A stretch of DNA of 20,974 nt from Octopus sinensis. Taxonomy: Eukaryota. Location: assembly GCF_006345805.1 (NCBI RefSeq), contig NW_021823848.1, positions 1 to 20,974 of the forward strand, given 5' to 3'. Within the stretch, counting starts at the first letter, position 1. The number at the start of each line of letters is the position of its first letter. A program made the translations under genes and the position numbers. The notes under the pieces were generated by a model. The model worked only from the letters and a program-made list of their open reading frames with translations, was not told the origin of the DNA and searched no databases. Shown piece by piece: positions 9,718-20,974 of the stretch.

Positions 9718-9760
9718 ATAAAACTAGTACTTTCATGCGTTATGCAATCATCAGGTTTAT
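9718..9760 (-). ncRNA. Minimal type-I hammerhead ribozyme motif
   Basis: Reverse complement ATAAAC-CTGATGA-T-TGC-ATAAC-GCA-T-GAAA-GTAC-TA-GTTTTAT: full core, palindromic GTAC loop, UA cleavage site, stem I of 4 bp (6 bp with one bulge), U.U at the base of stem II. Confidence 0.7.
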
Positions 9761-9768
9761 GTTGTTGC

Positions 9769-9778
9769 AGTAGTTGTT

Positions 9779-9814
<36 letters not shown>

Positions 9815-9842
9815 TAGTAGTAGTAGTAGTAGCTGCAGCAGC

Positions 9843-9881
<39 letters not shown>
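9769..9881. repeat. (TAG)n array with a (CAG) interruption
   Basis: Direct observation. Confidence 0.97.
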
Positions 9882-10395
9882 TAATTGTGGGACACGACCG
9901 TCACTACTACTACTATATAATATATTGTTAAATAGGGTGTCTTTGAATTACAGCTCTTGGTTGAGCCACCCAAAAAAGAGGCACGCCTACTTTTAAGGCA
10001 ACCAGCACAAATTAGCGTATTGCATCTTTCATCTCAGAAAACATTTTACTTTGTGAATACCTGAAAGAAAAGTTCCGTTCTTAGAAGCTAGAAAGTTTGC
10101 TGATGAAACGAATTGATAGCAATATATGACCATAAACTACGATTGCTTCTAGGTTGTAAGAGCTGTTTAAACTACAATGGCTTGTAACTGTAAATTGCGC
10201 AGCCACTCATCGGTGTTCATGTAAATTGTCAATGTTGTTGAATCTGTTAAACAACGCAAGGATATCTCAACAGTATAACACAATCCAAGTTGTGGTAGAC
10301 ACTTGATTACTTGTAATGATTGCACTTGTAATTGTAAACAGAGCTGGCTTCTCTAAAATGACGGCCAGTAAATTTCTGCATAGTTGATGGCAAGT

Positions 10396-10645
10396 GAAGA
10401 TGCGTGGCTTAGTGGTTAGGGTAATCGGTTCAAGATTTTAAGGTCATGGGTTCAATTCCCGCGATGCGTTATGTCCTTCACATTGCTCCAGTCCCCTCAG
10501 CTGGCAAAAAAATTATTTTGTATCTGTATTTCAAAGGGTCAGCCTTGTCACATTCTATGTTAAGCTGAATCTCCGCGAGACCCACGTTTTACGAGAAGGC
10601 TGTTCCCATCATCGGATGAACTGGAACCCTCGTCGTTGTGACCGT
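10396..10645 (+). mobile_element. tRNA-derived SINE family C
   Basis: A-box TGGCTTAGTGG (10405-10415) and B-box GGTTCAATTCC (10449-10459), followed by a SINE-like body (TTGCTCCAGTCC..TCAGCTG). Single copy in the window. Confidence 0.7.
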
Positions 10646-10979
10646 TAATGGTAAGAATTCTCTCAGCAACCTGTCTCAAAAGGAAAGCACGAATCAGACG
10701 TCCTTTTAACATAACCTTTGTCGAGAATAGTTTACTGTCTGTGACGAGCTGTTTCTTGTATGATCTAGACTTCCGGATCAATAATGAAAGAGAACGTTTA
10801 ATAGAGAACTTCCATGATGTGAATCCATACCGCAAAACATTATCGATACACACACGCACACATAGACACAGACACACAAAACAATACGCACTCACATACA
10901 TGCATATGGGCATACACATAGCATACGCACACACAAAAAGCATATATTTATAGATCCATATATATATATATATCGGACC

Positions 10980-11145
10980 AATTGTGGATGAGTAGGAAGT
11001 AGTTTGCTCCCGAACCAAAAGTCTACTGGTTGGTCCCGCTGCGTGACAACTTGGGTGTGTTTTCTAAAAAAGCCCCTAGCTGACCAACGCGTTGTGCCTA
11101 GATTTAGTGGAAGGAAATGAAAGAGGTCCATCGTCTGCATAACTG
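10980..11145 (+). mobile_element. Degenerate SINE family A, 5' half
   Basis: AGTAGTTTGCTCCCGAACCA...GTCCC...GACCAA...GGAAATGAAAGAGG matches 3655-3755. Confidence 0.65.
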
Positions 11146-11169
11146 CAAGGTAATGGCAAACAAGTAAAA

Positions 11170-11378
11170 GACAAAAGATAAAACATATATATTCGTATAC
11201 AATATATGTGTGTGTGTATATAAGTATATACATATATAAGTATATACATATATATATAATTCTTGTTTGTATATACACATATACAATATATATATGTATG
11301 TGAATATATGTATATATATTATATAACATAATACATATATACTTTATAAATATACACATATATATATATGTATCTATG

Positions 11379-11411
<33 letters not shown>

Positions 11412-11570
11412 ATACATATTTACATTAATATATGTATACACATATATGTATGTATGTGTGTATATATATTTATATATAAACATAAATTATATATATATAT
11501 AATATATATATTTATATATAAATATATATATGTTATGAATATATAATACATACACACACACACACATACA
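11170..11570. repeat. (AT)n/(AC)n low-complexity tract
   Basis: Direct observation. Confidence 0.93.
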
Positions 11571-11864
11571 CAGACCAGATATATAAGGGTTTGTATTTAT
11601 TTAACTTCATGCTTATAAGTCGCATACCACTCACAGACCACCATGCTCACAAAAACTACAGACATACTCTCTCTCTCTTTCTTTCTCTCCTTCACTCACA
11701 CGCACTCACACACACATAATCACACACACACGTATACACATGCGTGCACAGACTCATTCAAACACACTCAAAACATATATTATTAATTTGTTTATATTTA
11801 GAAAACAAACAACTTCAATGTTATCATACCAAACAAAATGAACATCTTAGAAGTTTGTAATCTC

Positions 11865-11886
11865 TCTCTCCCTCTCTTTCTCTTTC

Positions 11887-11931
<45 letters not shown>

Positions 11932-12005
11932 ATATATATATATATATATACATAATTACATATATATATATATACATATATGTGTGTGCTTGTATGTGTG
12001 TGTGT
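11865..12005. repeat. (CT)n-(AT)n-(GT)n compound microsatellite
   Basis: Direct observation. Confidence 0.95.
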
Positions 12006-12145
12006 CTATGTCTACGCGTGTGTGGGGGTCTGTGTGTATCGTTTATGTGTACGTTTGGGCGTGTGTCTGTGTGATGATTAACATTATCCTATGAAATAAT
12101 GAATTACCCAGTTGACTGCCTCGCTAAACAAATTGAGTTGTGCTA

Positions 12146-12232
12146 TTTCTTTTCCTTTCTTTTCTTTTCCTTTCTTTTCTTTTCTTTTCTTTTCTTTTCT
12201 TCTCTGTTTTTTCTTCTCTTTTTTTTTTCCTT
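12146..12232. repeat. (CTTTT)n polypyrimidine tract
   Basis: Direct observation. Confidence 0.9.
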
Positions 12233-12352
12233 TTGCTCTATAAAAGTTCCTACTTATCGCTACAGATGACTTTCGTTTGGTTCATTCATCAATTCGCCAG
12301 TCCTGTTGTTCTATCCTCTGTTCTCCGTTTGATATAAATAAATAAGTAGACA

Positions 12353-12362
12353 GATGATGATG

Positions 12363-12394
<32 letters not shown>

Positions 12395-12468
12395 GAGGAG
12401 AAGGAGGGGGAGGAGGAGAAGTATGGCGGTGCTGGTGGTGGTGGTGGTGGTGTTGGTGGTGGTGGTGC
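12353..12468. repeat. (GAT)n-(GAG)n-(GGT)n compound trinucleotide tract
   Basis: Direct observation. Confidence 0.93.
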
Positions 12469-12501
12469 TGATTTCTTTTACGATTTTATAATAAAATTAA
12501 A

Positions 12502-12701
12502 ATAAACCCTTCTGTTCCAGGTACAAGGTCTGATGTTCTGGAGGAAAGGGGATAGTCGATTACATCGACCCCTGTCTCCTTTACTAGTACCACCGACACT
12601 ACTATTACCGACACCGAAAGGATGAAAGGTAAAGTCGACCGCGACGGAGTTTGCTAAACACTTTGCCCGGCCTACTAACGACTCTGCCAGCTCGCCGCCT
12701 T
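12502..12701 (-). mobile_element. SINE family B copy 1 of cluster
   Basis: Head AGGCGGCGAGCTGGCAGAGTCGTTAG on minus; B-box region partly deleted. Confidence 0.85.
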
Positions 12702-12718
12702 AACAATAATAATAAAAA

Positions 12719-12894
12719 TAATGGTTTCGAATTTTGCCACAAGGGCAGCAATTTTGGGAAAGGGGATGAGTCAGTTTCATTGACCCCTGTCTTCCTCCGA
12801 AAGGAGGAAAGGTAAAGTCGACCCCGGCGGAATTTGAACTCAGAACATAAGCATTTTGCCCAGCTTGCTAACGAAAGTGACAGCTCGCCGCCTT
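12719..12894 (-). mobile_element. SINE family B copy 2 of cluster
   Basis: Head AGGCGGCGAGCTG and B-box GAGTTCAAATTCC; different 3' tail. Confidence 0.85.
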
Positions 12895-12900
12895 TCCAAC

Positions 12901-13065
12901 CATCATTTCTACTGTAGGCACAAGGCCTGGAATTTGAGGAAAGGGATTAAATCGATTACATTGACCCCAATACTCTACTGGTACTTAATTTATCGATGAA
13001 AGGATAAAAGGCAAAGCTGACCTCGCCGGAATTTGAACTCAGAACGTAACGGCAGACGAAATACC
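12901..13065 (-). mobile_element. SINE family B copy 3, lacking the A-box head and fused to copy 4
   Basis: Body and B-box present; joins copy 4 at AATACC|TATTTC. Confidence 0.85.
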
Positions 13066-13298
13066 TATTTCTTTACTACCCACAAGGGGATAAACACAGA
13101 GGGGACAAACAAGGACAGACAAAGGGATTAAATCAATTATATCGACCCCAGTGTGTAACTGGTACTTATTTAATCGACTCCGAAAGGATAAAAGGCAAAC
13201 CCAACCTCGGTGGAATTTGAACTCAGAACGTAGCAGCAGTCGAAATACAGCTAAGCATTTCACCTGGTGTGCTAACGTTTCTGCCAGCTCGCCGCTTT
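13066..13298 (-). mobile_element. SINE family B copy 4, full head, long tail
   Basis: Head AGCGGCGAGCTGGCAGAAACGTTAGCAC and B-box GAGTTCAAATTCC. Confidence 0.9.
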
Positions 13299-13559
13299 AG
13301 TAATAATGCTGATAATAATGATAATAATAAAAATTGTGATATTATTAGTAATAATAAATGAGAAAAAAAGTAAGGACAACTCTTATATTTGTGTGTGCGT
13401 GTATGAGTTTGTCTAAAGTATGATGAGAAGGTGTAGGGGAGGAAAGAAGGGAGAGGAAAAATGGGGAGGTAGAACGGAATTGATTGGATGATTAAGTTCA
13501 GAAGGGTCTGTAATAGATCTATATCTTTTTACATACAGAGAAAGAAAATTCTATATTCT

Positions 13560-13648
13560 CTATATGTATGTATGCATGTATGTGTATATTTGCGAGTGTA
13601 TCTACATGTGAATGTTGTACGCCTGTATGTATATATATATGTATATAC

Positions 13649-13714
<66 letters not shown>

Positions 13715-14021
13715 GAGTGTGTGTGTATGTGTGTACTTCTGCGTATGTGTATGCGTCAAGAGAGAAAAAGAAGAGGAAGGAGAAGGAGCAGATAAGGAGG
13801 GGAAGGAGGAGGAGGAAAGGAAGAAGAGGGGATGATGGGTAGGAGAGAAAGAAATGAAGTGAAAGAGTAAGAAACAAGAAAGACAACAATCTCTAAAGAT
13901 GGCAAGTGAACTGCTTAATACAAATTTTTTCACCAGAGGTAGACACTCACACACGCACTCTCTCACACTCTTGTTCACACAAACACGCTCATTCACACAC
14001 ACACACACGCATATATATATA

Positions 14022-14108
<87 letters not shown>

Positions 14109-14127
14109 ATATATATATATATAGATA

Positions 14128-14170
<43 letters not shown>

Positions 14171-14197
14171 GAAGAGTGAGTTCTGTTGTGCGGAATT

Positions 14198-14282
<85 letters not shown>

Positions 14283-14560
14283 TATGAATTCATATATATA
14301 ATACATGTGTGTGATTGCGTGTGTGTGTGTTTGTGTGTGTGTATGCATTCATGAATATAATAGGAAAATTGATATCGATATGTCTGTATATTATAATGGA
14401 TATATTCTTTTTATATTTGTACGTATGGGAATGTATGTTTTAGTGAGTGAAAGTAAACTAAAATCTACATATTTATGAACATATATATTTGTACATGTGT
14501 GTTTGTGATGTGCATGTATATATATATATATTCTTATATATATTCATATATATATATATA
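13560..14560. repeat. (AT)n/(AC)n tracts with a purine-rich (GAG/GAA) block at ~13760-13870
   Basis: Direct observation. Confidence 0.9.
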
Positions 14561-15062
14561 CATTGAAGCTTTTGGGGTATATGTTGATATTTCTTTTGTA
14601 AAGTATGTCTGAGGATGTGGGTTTTAGCGAATTTAAAAGCAGAGACAGTTTGCTTTTTCTTTTGCTAGGTAATTCATCAAATGATATGTTTGTAAACAAT
14701 ATTCCTTGTTTTCCTTTCAGACGCACAAAAGATGTTTAATAAAAATGTTTATATATTTTGCCATAAATGATAAACGTTGCATTTAACTGAAGAGAACTAT
14801 AAGTGGTTGACTGGACATAAATACGGGATATTGACTAACGAACTAACGTTTTCTATTGAGTGCCTCTTCGTTCTTGTGGTTATTCATCTTAAGTAAGTGT
14901 TATAAATGATAGAATTAGTGCATCTTATTGCTAAGTGTATAAGTGTGTATTTTAGAGGGAAGCACGGTCGGACGAGTCTAAAATAGAAAGAAGTCATCGA
15001 TGAAAAGCAAACATAAACAGGAATTAGTTTTCCGAAGAAACTAACAACTGTTCCAAATTTAG

Positions 15063-15225
15063 TCACAGGGCCCATAATTTTAAAGTGAATGTGTTTCTCG
15101 ATTACATTGACCCAAATGCGTAACTGGTATTCTATTTAATCGATCGCTAAAGAATGAAAAGTCAAAATGAGCTCGGAAGCTTTTTGAACTCTGAACATGA
15201 GAAGCAAGAGGAAATACCGTAAGAC
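15063..15225 (-). mobile_element. Degenerate SINE family B
   Basis: CGATTACATTGACCCAAATGCGTAACTGGTA...TTTGAACTCTGAAC...GAAATACC matches 12950-13065 and 13141-13250. Confidence 0.75.
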
Positions 15226-15354
15226 GTCATTCACGATTTAGCCATCTCAATTCCTCGAGTAAACTTTTTTATCTCCCTACCGCTTCGTCCGCAGACGAAT
15301 ACAGTCAATCTCTTCTCTCCAGGATTCAGCCTTTTGCATTGATCTTTATAGTCC

Positions 15355-15605
15355 AGATTCTTCAACCAGTTGATTTTAAATGGTTGCAGTAAACGGACTC
15401 TAACAAAGGCGCTGGAAAGAAAACGAGATGGAATATAAACAAGACGTCTGAGAGCAGCACTTAAAGTCAAATGGCAATCTCATAGAACAAAGCAGGTTCT
15501 TTATGGTAATCTTCCCAGATTTACCTCTACCATGAAAGAAAGAACGAGAATTCGCAGCAAAAATGTAGTGAGTCAAATGCCGATTTCGAAACCAACTATT
15601 GGTGG
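15355..15605 (+). pseudogene. RTE-clade LINE ORF fragment (post-RT region)
   Basis: Frame from 15355 reads RFFNQLILNGCSKRTLTKALERKRDGI*TRRLRAALKVKWQSHRTKQVLYGNLP, matching the RTE pattern YG.ETWTLTK..E.KLDG.YTRMLR..L...W..H.TN..LYG.LP. Confidence 0.75.
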
Positions 15606-16702
15606 TAATATCTGTTTGTTCAGAGACGGGACTCCCACCGTAACTGATTTCCATTTACAATAATCATTTGTATCATTTCATATTGCTTCGTAGCTTCTAT
15701 GGACAGAACACTTAACCCTTAGTAACAGCTTCCACATCATAGCAACAGCAACATAGATTTAAATTCAACGATAGAATTGAGAAACTGGCGACAGTGTAAC
15801 AGTCCAATGTAATGAGCAACGACGGAAGTAAAAAAAAAACTGATGAGTTATTCACAACATTGGACTGCTAAATCAAATAATTTTTTAGCATGAGCTGTTG
15901 TCTCAGCGTTATGTCATCCAATGCTGGATACACAACATTCTGAAATATCAAGAAATTGTACCCCATAATACATAATTCAAGGCTTGACTACAGCAATGCT
16001 CATCGCATCTTATTTTTGTTTGAATCACAATGTATCTATAACACCATATTATTAAATGCTTACTGCCATTTTGTTTTTTATCCGTAGAGTGTAATCTTGC
16101 TGTTTTTCCAATAGTCTGCTTGCTGTTCTCCATCATTCAAGCGACCATGGTACAAGCTTCACTTTTCATTTGAATAGGTTCGAATATATAAGATTCACAA
16201 CTAGCGAATGGAGCAGAATACCAAATATATATAATAATAATCGATCTAAGAGGATTAAAATGCAGGCTTAAATCCTAGTAGGATTTGAGCAGAATCTAAC
16301 GGCAAATGCTAAATACCAGTTTGTAACAACAGCACAAAGCTATAAATTTTATAAATTCTTGCCCTTTGCGTACAAGAAAACACTTCTACTTGTTGTTAGT
16401 AACAAACTTCAGTTTGTTGTCTATCGTCTCTCTTCATAGACCCTTTATTGACTGTAAACCTATATTCCAGTTTATTTACTCCTTGACACACTTCATTCCA
16501 TACTGCAACTCTTAAATCGGAATATTGTTCCCACTGAGATTTAATTTCCTCTGTGTTTTCTTCCTAAAAACATCAGATGATCAAAACTTGGAGTGCTTTT
16601 GATTTCTTAATTCGTCCTCACAACATTAAACTAGTAACTATAAAAGGTACGTATACCCATTTTTCATTGCACATTTTTTTTGTGCCACCTGCAGCAAAAC
16701 CA

Positions 16703-16981
16703 TGGAAACATGGGTGTTTCGTTCAACATCCTTAAACAATCCTTATTCAGGGACCTTTTGAGCGGGATGGGCTACTCAGCCAGAAGAAAATTCTAACTGG
16801 ACCCCACCTGCAAGGTCATGTGCTGTTTATCTTGATATGAGATCACCATCTCGCGCATATATATGGTTGTGATGCATGAGCCTAGTGTATCCTTATCAGA
16901 CGGGTAGTCATGATGGGTATACTGGGCTTCGTATATTTTACCCCGAGTGTCACTTTGATGGCATGCACTGCTCTCTCACTC
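16703..16981 (+). mobile_element. 279-bp truncated copy of the AAT-associated element
   Basis: Matches 2443-2716 and is followed by a trinucleotide array. Confidence 0.92.
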
Positions 16982-17671
<690 letters not shown>

Positions 17672-17744
17672 TAGCTTTACACTGCTACACGTATCTATTT
17701 TCATGACTCCACTAACGTTGACCGGAAGCTCTGTCAGTCTTGAT

Positions 17745-17885
17745 ATTTAATTTTACTTGGATTGGAGGCACATGAAGTAACGAGGATCAACCCAGGACAC
17801 ATCACATCTCCTGGACCACGAATCCTACTCACAATTTTATAATCTAGAACCAAGTTGTCTAACCATTGTTCTGTACCACCTTTCT
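17745..17885 (-). mobile_element. Possible highly degenerate tRNA-SINE head
   Basis: Weak A-box-like (TGGTACAGAACAATGGTTAG) and B-box-like spacing on minus, then GTGTCCTGGG. Confidence 0.3.
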
Positions 17886-18289
17886 CTGATATATACAAGT
17901 AACTCTGTATGTAACAAAGTAATTATACAGTTTAGGTTGCCGGCTTTTAATAACTTGACACGACTTGCGGAACTCCAGCATGAAATTCCTAGAGCTCAAA
18001 GGGTTATAGTCTACACAGGCCAAAAATAGTTGGCTTCACTTGTGCAATATTAAATCAAAACCAGTATAATATTAGTGTGTGTTTATCAAAACAAGTAAGA
18101 TGTTCGAAATAAAACAATAATAAAACAAAAAAGAAATATAACGGGAGATGATTTCAAGAAATTAAGAATTAATTTCGCAGAAAATTGGATTTTCATGCTT
18201 CGAGGTAAAAAAACCAGCAGGAAAGTGACAGATATGTGCACATATTTATAAATATATATACACACTTATGTTAAGTGTGTATATGCACA

Positions 18290-18293
18290 CACT

Positions 18294-18366
<73 letters not shown>

Positions 18367-18483
18367 ATACACACATATACTTACATGTTTATATACACAC
18401 ACGAACACACACACATATATATATAGATACATACAATTATATACGTATGTATATAAAGAGAGATACATATATATATATGTATG

Positions 18484-18514
<31 letters not shown>

Positions 18515-18576
18515 GTATGTGTATGTTTTATTTATGTATATCATATAAAACTACGTATGTACACTTATTCATGATT

Positions 18577-18619
<43 letters not shown>

Positions 18620-18733
18620 GTGTTTATGTATGTATGTATATTTAAAATATATATTTGAATGATTATATGCTCTCTCAATTACTCCTGAGTGAAAGTTGTG
18701 AAGAATTTTTGTCACACATCAAAAGATTGGTTT

Positions 18734-18764
<31 letters not shown>

Positions 18765-19244
18765 CTTTATATAGATAGATATATATGCACATAGATATAT
18801 ATATAGTTGTGTGTTTATATATGATACGCCCATAGATTTGATGCCTATACATGAGTCTCTGAGTAAACGCTTCACTCACTATGAATATTCGTATGAGTAT
18901 GAATACGTGTGTCTCGTTATGTTTATGTTTGTACATGGGTAGGTAACTATGTTTTGGAAGCATTCTTTGAAATTATTTTATTACATCCGCTTCCATGTTT
19001 ATTCAATATATTTGGATATTTGGCTAAATTTTACCATTAAACAAGAAGTACAAACTATTGTGTAGGCTTTTATAATCGATGTGAGAAAATATTACTTCAT
19101 CTGCTACATATGTATACATACATATATGTGTGTGTGAGTATGTTTGTGCTTGAGTGTGTGCGTGTTTGTGCGTGTATAACGGTATGTACGTATATGTATA
19201 GATACATATACATATGTAAATACGTATATACATATATATTTGTG

Positions 19245-19340
<96 letters not shown>

Positions 19341-19467
19341 ATATATATATGTGTGTGTGAGTATGTTTGTGCTTGAGTGTGTGCGTGTTTGTGCGTGTAT
19401 AACGGTATGTACGTATATGTATAGATACATATACATATGTAAATACGTATATACATATATATTTGTG

Positions 19468-19535
<68 letters not shown>

Positions 19536-19735
19536 ATACACACATATACTTACATGTTTATATACACACACGAACACACACACATATATATATAGATACA
19601 TACAATTATATACGTATGTATATAAAGAGAGATACATATATATATATGTATGTATATATATATATATGTATGTATATATATATATGTATGTATGTATGTG
19701 TTTATGTATGTATGTATATTATATATATATATATT
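18290..19735. repeat. Microsatellite-rich region with two internal direct duplications
   Basis: 18342-18497 recurs at 19521-19666 (offset 1169 outside the TG run); 19122-19260 recurs at 19345-19483 (offset 223). Confidence 0.9.
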
Positions 19736-19936
19736 GGTTTCATGTCTTGGCACAGGGCCAGAAAGCTCGGGTGCTGGAGGTTAAGTCGATTACTTGAACC
19801 CCAGTGCTCAACACATGCTTATCTTATCGACCACGAAAGGATAAAGGCAAAATCGATCTCTTTGGGATTAGAACACAAACGTGAAGACAGATGATATGTC
19901 GCTAAACATTTTGCCGAATGTGCTAACGATTCTACA
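19735..19936 (-). mobile_element. Degenerate SINE family B
   Basis: GGCACAGGGCC...GTCGATTAC...CCCCAGTG...TATCGACCACGAAAGGATAAAGGCAAA...GCTAAACATTTTGCC...GCTAACGATTCT. Confidence 0.8.
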
Positions 19937-19975
19937 ACCTGAATTTTCATTTTTATTTTATATCTCCACTTTCTT

Positions 19976-20022
<47 letters not shown>

Positions 20023-20787
20023 CATATATACACAAAAAAACACAAAAAGCGACAAGAACGCAAAACATCCGGACAGTTAGCTGATATAAAATTGGGACAA
20101 CAAAATATTCAGACAGAGGACACAAAGAAAACAACGACGGGTCACTCGAAGTTTTCTTTCCTCTGCCAACACCAGACCATCCTCGCAATTTCGGCTGATT
20201 ATACTTGAGATTGAACTAATCTGGCCCGCCCCAAGGGAAAACCAAGCTATGAGCATTAGATTCCTTGGAAGAAAGCAGTGAATGTATATAAAAACTAGGA
20301 CGAAAAAAAACGGACAATGTTACACAAATAGAATAGTATAATAACAGATGTCTTTTGGCTAAGGACGAATATATATATATATATTTGCATGTGTGTGTAT
20401 GCACGTATATACAAATATATATATACACATGTATTGATATGTATATATTTGTATATGTGCGTATGTATATGTATATATATATATATATATATAATATGTA
20501 GGGAGAGAGAGAGGATAGATAGATGCATAAATACATACATAGTATGTAGACTATATAGACATAGTATGGCCAAATTGTTATGAAGTTAACTATGTAACCA
20601 CGAGGTCTCGTTTTTCGGTCCAACGACGCAAATTCAAACCTCCGTCGACTCGTATCTTGTCAGAGAAATTGCGCAGACAGAAAATTCATAAAAGCCTATC
20701 GATTGGATTTCATGTTATTCAAAGTTCACAGCCTTGTCAAATGCTGTCTCATACGGATTCTGCTGGAAAATTACATTAAGACTACAC

Positions 20788-20824
20788 GGTACTGACGAAT
20801 GCTCCGCTACCGAAACGTTAATCC
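20788..20824 (+). ncRNA. Possible decayed minimal hammerhead motif
   Basis: CTGACGA (20792-20798), 13 nt, then GAAACGTT with palindromic AACGTT; stems I and II pair poorly. Confidence 0.3.
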
Positions 20825-20889
20825 AAGCGCAGGCAGTTCATTTGACTGATGACCTAAATCCTCATCATTGAACGAACACAGATATATAC

Positions 20890-20931
<42 letters not shown>

Positions 20932-20974
20932 CTGTGTGTGTGTGTTTATGTATGTATGCATGTAAGTATATGTA

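Noticed and set aside
10150-10345. Cys-rich peptide pieces (GCKSC, CNCK, CSCK, CNDCTCNCK) suggesting a CXC domain
   Set aside because: They fall in different frames with several stops, and TGT is common in this composition; a BLASTx hit would be needed.
10648-11018. Overlapping ORFs on both strands
   Set aside because: They run through SINE and microsatellite sequence with no recognisable motifs.
14700-14722. Polypyrimidine tract plus AG acceptor-like site
   Set aside because: No open exon or donor downstream that I can support; needs RNA-seq.
2344-15846. Other CTGANGA hits (2344, 2519, 10100, 14609, 15840)
   Set aside because: No hairpin plus GAAA plus UH at compatible spacing.
20040-20350. 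Complex segment that looks like a dispersed repeat
   Set aside because: Single copy in the window with no coding or promoter motif; cannot be classified without a database search.

Overview
AT-rich, microsatellite-dense eukaryotic non-coding DNA with no supportable intact host gene; nearly all ORFs in the track are translated (AT)n/(AC)n/(AAT)n repeats. The repeat landscape resembles what I recall of octopus/cephalopod genomes (inference, not database-checked). It holds at least four tRNA-headed SINE families and a decayed CR1/L2-type LINE ORF2 (APE+RT, minus strand, 6333-8735) whose 3' tail is shared with one SINE family. It also holds fragments of an RTE LINE and an R4/Dong RLE-type LINE, both missed by the ORF track, and three copies of a ~550-bp non-coding element associated with (AAT)n arrays. 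The most unusual signal is at 9386-9760: a tRNA-headed SINE carrying a minimal type-I hammerhead ribozyme motif (+, 9545-9590), faced by a second, unrelated minimal hammerhead on the minus strand (9718-9760). Neither has been tested for cleavage, and each has one non-canonical pair at the base of stem II.
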